A stretch of DNA of 62,880 nt, filler included, from Reclinomonas americana ATCC 50394 (lineage: Eukaryota), in the NCBI GenBank assembly GCA_048213135.1. It is 6 parts of 4 records of this genome, joined end to end, with 100 filler letters (N's around TTAATTAATTAA, not from the genome) between each part and the next. Parts side by side here need not be neighbours in the genome. Positions count along the whole stretch, not along the records: positions 4,789 to 27,161 come from PS015686.1; 5 more parts are not named here. The stretch is one strand, 5' to 3'. A model generated the notes under the pieces. The model searched no databases. It was given only the letters and a program-made list of their open reading frames with translations, and was not told the origin of the DNA. Shown piece after piece: positions 12,101 through 23,400 of this stretch. The position numbers and the translations under genes were made by a program. The first letter of the stretch is position 1. Each line of letters begins with the position of its first letter.

Positions 12101-15100
12101 TGTGTCGCTGCGTCGCTTCTTGTGTCGCTGCGCCGCTCCTCGTGTCGCTGCGTCGCTCCTTGTGTCGCTGCGTCGCTCCTCGTGTCGCTCTGCGTCGCTC
12201 CTTGTGTCGCTGCGCCGCTCCTCGTGTCGCTGTGTCGCTCCTCGTGTCGCTGCGCCGCTCCTCGTGTCGCTGCGTCGCTCCTCGTGTCGCTGCGTCACTC
12301 CCTGTGTCGCTGCGTCACTCCCTGTGCCGGTGCGCCGCTCCCTGTGCCGCTGCGCCACTCCCTGTGCCGGTGCGCCGCTCCTCGTGTCGCTGCGTCGCTC
12401 CTCGTTTTGCTGCGTCGCTCCTCTTTTCGCTGCATCGCTCCTCTTTTCGCTGCGTCGCTCCTCGTGTCGCTGCGTCGCTCCTCCTCTCCAGCGCCGCTCC
12501 TTTGTTTCGCTGCGCTGCTCCTTTGTTTCGCTGTGTCGCTCCTTTGTGTCTCTGTGTCGCTCCTCGTGTCGCTATGTCGCTCCCTGTTTCGCGGTGTCAC
12601 TCCTCGTGTTACGCTTTGTTCTTTTCATTCTCATTGTCGCCTTCTGTCATCACAGTTGAATCCATATAACCTGCAACGAGTGCCCGGCGGCAGCAGCGGT
12701 GGTGAGGGATGCATTCTGGGAGCTCGAGGTTTGTGGCACCCTTCGATCCTGCATCTGCGCAGAAAGTGACTTTCTCCGCAGCATCCATCCTCGGCATCGG
12801 CTCAGATATTGCTGGCTCGGTACGCAATCCTGCGCATTCGTGCGGCGTCTACGGTGTGCCACGTCTTGTCCGCAGCATCTACGCCAAAGAAAGCCTCATT
12901 TCTTTTTTTGCACAGGGCTGAAGCCAACCGCCAAGCGTTGTGGTGTGCGTGGCTGTGTAAGCAGTCTGCCAGGACAGCCGGGAGTCGCAGCGACATATGG
13001 TGATATGACTGCGGTTGATAGATGTCTGGTGTGTCGCATATTCTCACTCCTTCACATCGCAGGTCCCATGGGCACGAGTGTTTCGTCGCTGGCCACGTTC
13101 ACGCGCGCGGTTCTGATGGACGAGAACTTTTTGCACGACCACACAGTGCCGATGCCATTCGACGACGATATCTACACGGGTGCCACTGTTGCGTTCTTCC
13201 TTTCGTCTCATCGCGCCAGTCACACACTCTCACTCTCTTTCGCGAAGGGCGATCGTCAACTCCGCATCGGCTATTACGTGGACGATGGGTACTTTGCCTC
13301 GTCGCCGGCGTGCAGCCGTGCAGTCAAGGAGGCGGTTGCGGCGTTGCAGAGCGCTGGTCACCATGTGCGTAACCAATCAATCATTCAACTGATTCAAGTC
13401 TCCTCCGTTACTCTTTCATCCCTCCAGCGACTTCTGGTTGATTTCCCTCCTCTTCTGTCTTTCTTACCTCACTCTCGTCTTGCTTTTTTCATACGATCCC
13501 CTATCTTCCTCCTCTTGCTCTCTTCCTTCTTCATGCTTCAAATGATCTCCTCTTCGCTCGTCTCGTGTTCTCTTCTTTCCACTTTTGCCGGTCACCTGAT
13601 ATGTCGTCCTGTTCTTGTCTCCTTGCTCTCCCCTTCTCCGCTGTTTCACGTCCCTGATCTTGTTCTCTCGATCGTCTTCCAAATACCGGATGCTTTAACC
13701 TATTCGCCCTTCTGCTCATTCTTATCCCATTCCACCTCTGGCGCCTTCTTCTCTTGTGCTCATGTGCATTGCTGTCCTCCTCCCCTCCTCGTCTCTATCT
13801 CTCTCCTCCCTTGCTCATATCCAAAGATGCTGACCTCATGTGCGTCATCCACTTCGCCCTTGTGCTCGCCTCCTTCTCCCTTCCTGACCTCGTGTGCTTT
13901 GCTTTTTTGCTTCTTCACCTTCTGCTTGATGCAGTGTACGTCGCCTTATTGCCTGCCCGTTATCCTTCTCTCTCTGTTGCTCTCATTTATCTTGCTCGTT
14001 CCTCCCATGCTGCTTGACCTTGCGTGCGTCAGCCTTTCGTCATCCCATTCACTTTCGTCTTTCTTGCTCATTCTGCTTGATCTAGTTCGTCGCCTTTAAT
14101 CTTTCGCCAACTCTTTGTCTTCCTGCTGTTATTTCTGTTCGTCACACACTGCTCCTCGTATGCGCCCATTGTTGTCGTTTGCGTCTAATCGCCTGTTTGT
14201 TGCTTGTCCTCGTGTTGTTTCCTTCCTCGTGCTCCCTGTTTTCCTTCCTCCTCCCTTTCTTCCGTCCTCCCCTCTGTCGTCCTCCACTCTGTCCCTCTAA
14301 ACCTCCTTTCTTCTCCTCGCTTTTCCTCTCACGCTTTCCTCTTGTCTTCACCGAATCACTCACTGACCATCTCCTTCTCTCATTCACCCCCTTCCCCCAA
14401 CTCCCCCTCCACAGGTGGTACCCTTCGAACCCCACAAGGTCACCGAGTGCGTGCTCGGCTACTGGGCCATTCTCTCCTCCGACGGCCTCGACACCGCCCG
14501 CCGCTTCTTCGACCTCGACTTGATGGAACAGAGCCTGGTTCGCACTCCATCCCCTTTTCCTCTCCCCCCCCACCCTCCCCACCCCTTTACTCACATTGCC
14601 CCTCTCCACCATCAGGACGTGCTCTTCCGCGTGGCCAACATGCCACGCTGGATGGCCGCACTGGCCTCACGCCTGCTTCGCCTGCGCGGCTGGAAGCGCA
14701 CCGCCGACCTGCTCGCCGTCACCGGCCGCAAGTCGGTCGAGGAGTACTACAAGCTGCAGCTGCAGCGGCGCACGCTCACCCTGGAGTGGCTGGATCGCAT
14801 GAAGGCGGCGCACGTGGACGCCATTGTGTGCCCGGTGCACGTGCTGCCGCCGCTGCGGCGGCAAGTGAGCGGGCGCATCTTGCCGGCATTCTCGTACACG
14901 TTCCTCTTCAACTATCTCGATTTGCCGGCCGGTGTGGTGCCGGTGACGTGTGTGCAGACGCAGGATCTGGTGGTGCCTCCCTCGTTGTCGTACGCCAGCA
15001 GCCGCGACCCGGTCGATCAGTTGGTGGTGCGGGAGATGGAGCATCCGTCGTCGGTGGGCATGCCGGTGGCGGTGCAGGTGGTGGCGCGGCCGTTTTGTGA

Positions 15101-15176
15101 GGAGTTGTGTTTGAGGGTGATGAGGGAGGTGGAGAGGGGGGTGGGGTATCGGGCGCCGGAGGTGAAGTGGGGGTGA
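8981..15176 (+). CDS. FAAH: Fatty acid amide hydrolase-like amidase, multi-exon
   Basis: Exon 1 (TM helix plus basic stretch, donor gttgag at 9197) joins in phase 0 to DPAFEAL...NCLTEACF at 10377. Later exons give GPMHGVPISVKD, GGSSGGEG, GSDIAGSVRNPA and GMPVAVQVVARPFCEELCL; stop at 15176. Confidence 0.88.
11408..12610. repeat. Intronic ~20-bp minisatellite filling the FAAH intron 11392-12656
   Basis: About 1.2 kb of gtcgctgcgtcgctcctc(g/a)t variants between a gtgagt donor and a cacag acceptor. Confidence 0.95.
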
Positions 15177-15604
15177 GGGGGAACAGGAGAAGGGGGAGAA
15201 GGGGGAAGGTGGTGGAGAAGGGACAGTGTACAGATCTGCATGATCGATATGTCATCAGCTTCAACGGTTTTTAATGTGAGGTTGACACGTGTCTGATTTG
15301 GCGTTGCATCCTGACGGTGACACCAAACGTGACGGGTGGGCAGTCGCGATCGATGAACTCGCCGACGGGGCATCAACAACCTGCATGCGCACTATAGCTA
15401 GTACTCCGCCTTCAATTGCAAGAAATCTGGCTGCAATAGTGTTTCTAATATTTCTTGTTGGGCAAGGGTCACGTTCATAAGGACAGTCGTCGCGTTTGAA
15501 CTGAGGGCGCTCCGTAGCAGCACGAGTGAAGAAACCCACCAGACGACAACTCCGATGACAGGAATTTCCTGACAAACACGACTAAAGCAGAACACACGCA
15601 AACA

Positions 15605-18600
15605 ATGTCGGTGTGTTTGTTCTGTCACTCTTCCCTCCTCCTCTGTATGTGTGTTCTTACTGTCCTTGCTTATGCACAGTTCTCAGTGAATGAGTGCGGC
15701 GCATGATTCGTCGCTGTGTGTGGTAGTTGAGGGCATGTCGGCCATGTCCACTCTCGCGGACTTGCTGCGCGAGGCCACACGCTTGCTGTGTGAGAAGAGT
15801 GGAGATGTCGCGGTGGAGATTGTGGGAGTGGAGAAGCCGTCATCGTTCAACCTGAAAAAAGCCGATGTGTTTGAGTTGGGAGACCTCGGCATCAACTCAT
15901 CCACTCACCTTGTTGTCCGTCTGACTCTTGGCGTGGCGCCGCAGTCGAGTGGAAGGAGCGGGATTGAAAGGTATGTGTCAGTGATTCATCCTCTGTGCAA
16001 AAACGTACAGCTCACTCTCATGTTACCGCACAGCAACTCGGAGCGAGTGACTCGGTTTGTTTTATTTGCCGTCGTCCTTGTCTCCCCTGGTTGCTCTTTC
16101 TGTGATGCTGACTGCATCTGTGCACGGGCACAGCATGGTCGACTCCCAGCGGATCAACATGGCCTTTGAGGTGGTGGAGGAGGCCGTGCGTCTGCGCTGT
16201 CAACGCGCACTGGCCCAGTTTAGTCGCGATCATTCCGCCTTCGACGTGCGGGCGTGGGTGCCGAGTTTCACACCTGCTGGCATGGATGCAGTGGCGGCGA
16301 AGGCGTGGCGTGAGCGACATGCTCCACTCCACCCCTCGCGAGTCAAGTTATTTGAGGAGAAGCAGCCGGTGGTGTTGGCCTGGCGTACGGCATTCGACGC
16401 CGACCCCTCGTCCGACCCTCAGTGTGACGGTCTCGACACGACGGCACTCACATCCATCATGCTATATGGTGGCTTTGTTCAGGATGACGGTCGTAAGACA
16501 CTGCTCATTGACGATGATGATGAACGGAAAGCGGTAGAGGAGCTGCACAGTGTCAGGAACAAGCTGAGACACGATGAGCTGCCGTTAACATTGGACAGTG
16601 TGCAGCAGTACCTTGGTGACGGTGGTGTCTTCCTTTCTATCCTCTGTCGACTGCAGATGACGGCGGACGTATATGTACACTTCTGTGCTCGCGTTCGTGA
16701 AGCGCGCCATCTCGACTTTAGTGTCAGCACATTCGAGCAACGACTGCATCGACTGGCTATGCGTGAGATGGCCTACTATCACGAAGAAGAGAGTGTGCGC
16801 AAGGACATGCAGATGTATGTGCCTGTGCTGTGTTCACAAGAACGTGACGTCTCGTCGCAAGACAAGATGACGGATCTGTTGACGGATGTGGATGCATTCC
16901 TCGCCGACTCCAACACCACCCACCGTGTGCTGGTGCTATTTGGCAACAGTGGAGCCGGCAAGACCACCACCATGTCGGTGTTGGCCGAGCAAGCGTGGCG
17001 ACAGTGGCATACGGGAGAAAGCCGACGTGTGCCTGTGCGTGTGCCTCTTGGTGCTCTGCGCAATGCCGATGAGCGGCTGTTGGAGGATTCATTGGAGCGA
17101 CTGTCACCCGAGTTGGGATTCAGTGAGTCAGATGTGCGACGGTTGAAAGAGGAACCACTGCTGTTGTTGCTTGACGGGTACGACGAGTTGTACCGTGGTG
17201 TGAATCTGTTTGTCAAGAACCAGCTGGATGTGTGTCGCGATATGAAGGTGATTATCACCTGCCGTGAGGATTACGCACTGACGGCATTGGGTGGAGCGGC
17301 ACAGTATCGACGGTACTTTGCACCAGTGGATGCACGCGGACAGTTGTGTATGCAGCAGTTGATGGAGCGACACATTGCACCGTTCAATAATGAGCAGATT
17401 GAGGGGTACTTTGAGCGACTTGTGCAAGTTGGTGACGATGATGATGACTGTGGAGTAGAATGGTCGACTGCTGAAGAGTACATTTATGCATTGAAGAGTG
17501 TGCATGGACTTGATGCACTGGTGTCGAATCCATTCTTGCTGGTAGTGGTGGCTCGTGTGCTGCCGCAGTTGGTTGCGAGTGGTGTGCAGCGGCCGACTCG
17601 GCGCGATGTGTTTGACCGATTCATTCGACAGTGGATTGTGAGGGAGCAGGAGAGGCAGACGCGTCTTGGTGCGGAGCGTGTGCCGAGTGAGGAGACGTGT
17701 CGCTCGTTCTGTGAGGGACTGGCACGGTTGATGCACGAGAGGAATGTTGTGCGAGTGGAATCAGAGAGGAGAGCATTCGAAGAGGACATCGCTGAGTTTG
17801 GTGGTGCACCACTCGCCTTGCGACGAGTGGAGGAGGGACCGTTTGACAAGTTCCTCGGTCACAAGAACCAGCACGTGCGAGTGTGCTGTCCGATTGTGCG
17901 ACGGTATGGGACGACGCAGTGGGGATTCGTGCATCTGTCGTTGCTGGAGCACTGTGTGGCACGGCATGTGTTTGCGTGGGAGACGTGGGATGAGGAGAGG
18001 AGATTGACGATAGAAGATGTGCAACAGCATGTGCTGGCAGTGCGACTGCTGAATGATCGACCATCGTTGGTGGAGCAGATGGCCGAGGTGGTGCGACGGT
18101 CTCCTGCATTGCAAGCGAGATTGTGGGAAGTGATTGAGATGTCAAGAGAGGTGGATGCGGATCGACTGGTGACGGCGGCGGCGAATGCAGCGACGGTGTT
18201 GTGTGTGGCACAAGTGTCGTTCAGTGGGCGAGATCTGTCCGGTGTGCGAGTGAGGGGTGCGGATTTGAGGGATGCGGTGATGCACAGGACGGTATGGAGG
18301 GGGGCGGATTTGCGAGGGGTGAATGTGTGCATGGCGTATGCGAGGGAGTCGGATTTCAGGGGAGCGGATGTGACGGGGGTGAAGTGGCCGAGCAAGCCGC
18401 TGTTGGGTCACACGAGTGGGGTGAACTCTGTCGCTGTCATTCCCGATGGTCAGCACATTGTGAGTGGCAGTTGGGACAAGACTGTACGAGTGTGGTCGGT
18501 AGTAAGCGGCGAGGAAGTGCGCCGACTTGAAGGCCACACGGAGAGCGTGTCTGCAGTGGCAGTGACACCCGATGGCCAGCACATTGTAAGTGGCGGTTGG

Positions 18601-20022
18601 GACAAAACTGTACGGGTTTGGTCGGTGGCGAGTGGCGAGGAGGTGCGCCGACTGGAAGGCCACACGAGTGAGGTGCTCGCAGTGGCAGTGACACCCGATG
18701 GCCTGCACATTGTGAGTGGCAGTGGTGGCAAGACCGTACGGGTGTGGTCGCTGGCAAGTGGCCAGGAAGTGCGCCGACTGGAAGGCCACACGAATGGAGT
18801 GTGTGCAGTGGCAGTGACACCCGATGGTCAGCACGTTGTGAGTGGCAGTTATGACGAGACTGTACGGGTGTGGTCGGTGACAAGTGGCGAGGAGGTGCGC
18901 CGATTGGAAGGCCACACGAGTGCGGTGACTGCAGTGGCAGTGACACCCGATGGCCAGCACATTGTGAGTGGCAGTGGAGACAAGACTGTACGAGTGTGGT
19001 CGATGATAAGTGGCGAGGAGGTGCGCCGACTGGAAGGCCACACTTATCGGGTAAACGCAGTGGCAGTGACACTCGATGGCCAACACATTGTGAGTAGTGG
19101 TATGGACGGGACTGTGCGTGTGTGGTCAGTGGCAAGTAGCGAGGAGGTGCGCCGACTGGAAACACATGAGCGGGGTGTATGCAGAGCACATTGTGAGTGG
19201 CAGTAACGACAAGACAATGCGGGTGTGGTCGGTGGCAAGTGGCGAGGAGGTGCGCCGACTGGAAGGCCACATGTGGCAGGTACGTGCAGTGGCAGTGACA
19301 CCCGATGGCCAGCATATTGTGAGTGGCAGTGACGACAAGACAATACGGGTGTGGTCGGTGGCAAGTGGCGAGGAGGTGCGCCGACTGGAAGGCCACATGT
19401 GGGAGGTACGTGCAGTGGCAGTGACACACGATGGCCAGCACATTGTGAGTGGCAGCCAGGTCATAATTATCTACGACGACATTACCATTAGGGCCGATGC
19501 GGTATGGGTGTGGTCGGTGGCGAGTGGCGAGGAGATGCGCCGACTGGAAGGCTACTCAAATGCAGTGTATGCAGTGGCAGTGACACCCGATGGCCAGTAC
19601 ATTGTGAGTGGCAGTTATGACCAGACTGTACGGGTGTGGTCGGTGGCAAGTGGCGAGGAGGTGCGCCGGCTGGAAGGCCACACGAGTGAGGTGCATGCAG
19701 TGGCAGTGACACCCGATGGCCGACACATCGTGAGTGGCAGTGCTNNNNNNNNNNNNNNNNNNNNGATGGCCTGCACACTGTGAGTGGCAGTGCTGACAGG
19801 ACTGTACGGGTGTGGTCGCTGGCAAGTGGCGAGGAGGTGCGACGGCTAGAAGGACACACTGATGGTGTGGTGTCTGACCGTCAGCACGCTGTGCGTGGAG
19901 AGAAAGTGCGACGCAGATCACGTGCTGATGACGTTTTCACCGTCCGTTGTCGCCCAAGAGACGTGCTGGAGCGCATCTGTGGTTCATTTTTGCCCGACTA
20001 CACCGATGCGTTATATGAGTAA
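15605..20022 (+). CDS. NLR-like STAND protein 1: Ubl, HEPN-like, NACHT, pentapeptide, at least 12 WD40; two apparent frameshifts (possible pseudogene or sequencing errors)
   Basis: Introns at 15611-15679 and 15971-16133. Motifs: VRNKLRH, Walker A GNSGAGKTT, Walker B LLLLLDGYDE, ADLRD/ADLRG pentapeptides and GH...VAVTPDGQHIVSGS.D.TVRVWS repeats. Two-nt losses occur near 15690 and 19161. Confidence 0.88.
18400..19860 (+). repeat. 126-bp WD40 coding repeats with high internal nucleotide identity
   Basis: gtggcaagtggcgaggaggtgcgccgactggaaggccac...gcagtggcagtgacacccgatggccagcacattgtgagtggc recurs every 126 nt. Confidence 0.95.
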
Positions 20023-20462
20023 AGGGTTCTTTGGGTGAAGGGCCAAGGGGAAGGGGGAAGACTGGGAGTAGGATTGTGCACGAAGGAGGGATGGAGAGAG
20101 GGATAGAAAGAGGGAGCGAGAGAAACGAGCGTATCATGTCAACAGTTTCAACCGTCGCCGTCAGCACGAAGTCCCTGATGCGAAGCCCACGTGTTGATTT
20201 GGCGGCTACTTGGGAGGCCGCCATTGACGGGCGGGCAGTTGCGATCGATGAACTCGCGCGCCGCCAGGCGTCGGGCAGTCTCCGAGAGGAGCAATAGTGG
20301 ATTTTTCTTGTTATGCCAAGGTCACGTCGTCGTCGGCAAGGGATTTACGAGCACTCGACGTTTGTCGCCGAAGTGATTGACAGAAACCCGCCAGCAAGGT
20401 GACAACTTCGATGACAACAAGTTGTAAGAAACGCGACAGAGCAACCAAAACACACGCACACA

Positions 20463-23400
20463 ATGTCGGTGTGTTTTGTGCATCTCTCTTCCCTCCTCCT
20501 CTGTATGTGTGCTCACTGCCTTGCTTGTGCAGTTCTCTGTTCACGTGAGTGCGGCGCATGACTCGTCGCTGTCGGTGGTGGTGGAGGGCATGTCGGCCAT
20601 GTCCACTCTCGCGGACTTGCTGCGCGAGGCCACACGCTTGCTGCGTGAGAAGAGTGGAGATGACGGGGTGGAGATTGTGGGAGTGGAGAAGCCGGCAGAG
20701 TATGACTTGGAGGATGCGAGTGTGTTGAAGCTCAAGTCAATCGGCATCAAGCCTGGAATGCATCTCGTTGTGCGCGTAATCATGTCGCCTGCTGCTGCTG
20801 CTGCTGCTGTTGGTGGTAGTGGTGTTGCTGATGCGAGTGGAGTCGCAAGGTGATTATGCGAGATGTTTGTTGTACGAGAGAATGTGTGTGCTCATCGTGC
20901 GTATTCTATCCCAGCACATCATCGGCATTGACAGAGCGGTTTGTTGTCAGGCGGGGCCTTGGTTTTCACGATGTGGTTGATGTTGCTCACGTGATGTGCT
21001 GTGCAGAATGGCTCTCTCGAATCGCATCGACATGGCATGGGAGGCTGTGGTTGATGCCTTGCGTTTGCGCTGTCAACGCGCACTGGCGCAGTTCAGTCGC
21101 GACCATTCCGGCTTTGATGTGCGGGCATGGGTGCCGAGTCACAAGCCTGCTGGCATGGGTGCGGCGGCAGTGAAGGCGTGGCAGGATCGACATGCGCCGA
21201 TTGCGGGCTGGCAGGTGAAGCTTTTCAAGGAGGTGCATCTGGCGGTGTTGGCATGGCGTGCTGCCTTTGACGCCGACCCCGTCTCCGAGCCTCCGTGTGA
21301 CGCGTTCGACGTGACGGCCATGACGTCGATCATGGCGTTTGGTGGCCTGGTGCTTGCCGATGGTCGTAAGATGTTGCTGATTGGTGATGTCGCGGAGCGC
21401 AAAGTCGTGGAGCAGGTTCGCGAGGTACGGAACGAGTTGGCGCACAATTCGTCAACATGGACCGAGGCCAGCGTGCAAGAGTGTCTTGGCGAGGGCGGCG
21501 TATTCCTCTCTCTCCTTGTCAAGCTGCGCCTTCCACCCGATGCGATAGCTGGTTTTGCAACGCGAATTCGTGAGGCGCGTCACCTCGACTTTGTCGTTAG
21601 TACTTTCGAAGAGCGGCTGCATCGACTGGCTATGCGTGAGCTCTCGTTCTACCAGCACGACGAGAGTGTGCGCAAGGACATGGAGATGTACGTGCCACTG
21701 CGATGCTCACGTGATCGTGACGTCTCCTCGAGTGACAAGATGACGCATCTGTTGTCGGAGGTGGATGCTTTCCTCTCCGACACCAACACCACCCAGCGTG
21801 TGTTGGTGCTGTTTGGTAACAGTGGAGCTGGCAAAACCACCACTATGTCGGTGCTGGCTGAGCGAGCATGGCGACAGTGGCAGGCGAGGGAGTCTCGCCG
21901 TGTGCCTGTGCGTGTACCCCTTGGTGCTCTGCGCAATGCTGATGAGCGATTGTTGGAGGAGGCATTGGAGCGACTGTCGCCCGAGTTGGGATTGGTGTCG
22001 GATGTAAGACGGCTGCACGAGGAACCACTGCTGTTGCTGCTTGACGGGTACGATGAGTTGTATCGGGGTGTGAATCTATTTGTCAAGAACCAGCTGGATG
22101 TGTGTCGCGATGTGAAGGTAATTATCACCTGCCGTGGTGATTATGCACTGACGGCACTGGGTGGCGTGACGCAGTATCGACGGTTTTTCGCACCGGTGGA
22201 TGCACGTGGACAATTGTGCGTGCAGCAGTTGATGGAGCGGCACATTGCACCTTTCAACAAGGAGCAGATTGAGGAGTATTTTGAGCGGCTGGTGCAGCAC
22301 GATGGCGACGGATGGTCGACAGCCGAGGAGTACATTCGTGCATTGAACAGTGTGCATGGACTGGATGCACTTGTGTCGAATCCGTTCCTGTTGGCAGTGG
22401 TGGCTCACGTGTTGCCGCAATTGGTGGCCAGTGGCGTGCAGCGGCCGACACGGTGTGATGTGTTTGACCAATTTATTCGACAGTGGATTGTGAGGGAGCA
22501 GGAGAGGCAGACGCGTCTCGGTGCCGAGCGTGTGCCAAGTGAGGACTTGTGTCTCTCGTTCTGTGAAGGACTGGCGCGGTTGATGCATGAGAGGAATGTG
22601 GTGCGTGTGTCGGTGGCGGAGAGTCGATCGGGTGATGATGACTTTGGTGGTGCGCCACTCGACCGTGGAAGAGTGGAAGACGGTCCATGGGACAAGTTTC
22701 TCGGGCACAAGAACCAGCATGTGCGAGTGTGCTGTCCGATTGTGCGACGGTATGGGACAACGCAGTGGGGTTTCGTGCATCTGTCGTTGTTGGAGTACGG
22801 TGTGGCGCGACATGTGTTTGCGTGGGAGACGTGGGATGAGGAGAGGAGATTGACGACAGAAGATGTGCAACAGCATGTGCTGGCAGTACGACTGCTGAAC
22901 GACAGACCATCACTGGTGGAGCAGATGGCCGAGGTGGTGCGACGGTCTCCTGTGTTGCAAGCAAGATTGTGGGAGGTGATTGAGTTGTCGATGGAGGTGG
23001 ATGAGGAGCGACTGGTGACGGCGGCGGCGAATGCAGCGACGGTGTTGTGTGTGGCACAAGTGTCGTTTAGTGGGCGAGATCTGTCCGGTGTGCGAGTGAG
23101 GGGTGCGGATTTGAGGGATGCGGTGATGCACAGAACGGTGTGGAGGGGAGCGGATTTGCGAGGGGTGAATGTGTGCATGGCGTATGCGAGGGAGGCGGAT
23201 TTCAGGGGGGCGGATGTGACGGGGGTGAAGTGGCCGAAGAACCCAATGGAGGGGCACACTGGCTGGGTGATGTCCGTCGCTGTCACACCCGATGGTCAAC
23301 ACGTTATAAGCGGCAGTGAGGATAAGACAGTGCGTGTGTGGTCAGTGGCGAGTGGTGAGGAAGTACTACGGTTGGAAGGACACACTAGAGGAGTGAACGC

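Noticed and set aside
11047..12769. Long Cys/Arg-rich ORFs of 450-540 aa
   Set aside because: They are translations of the intronic 20-bp minisatellite; the amidase exons splice around it.
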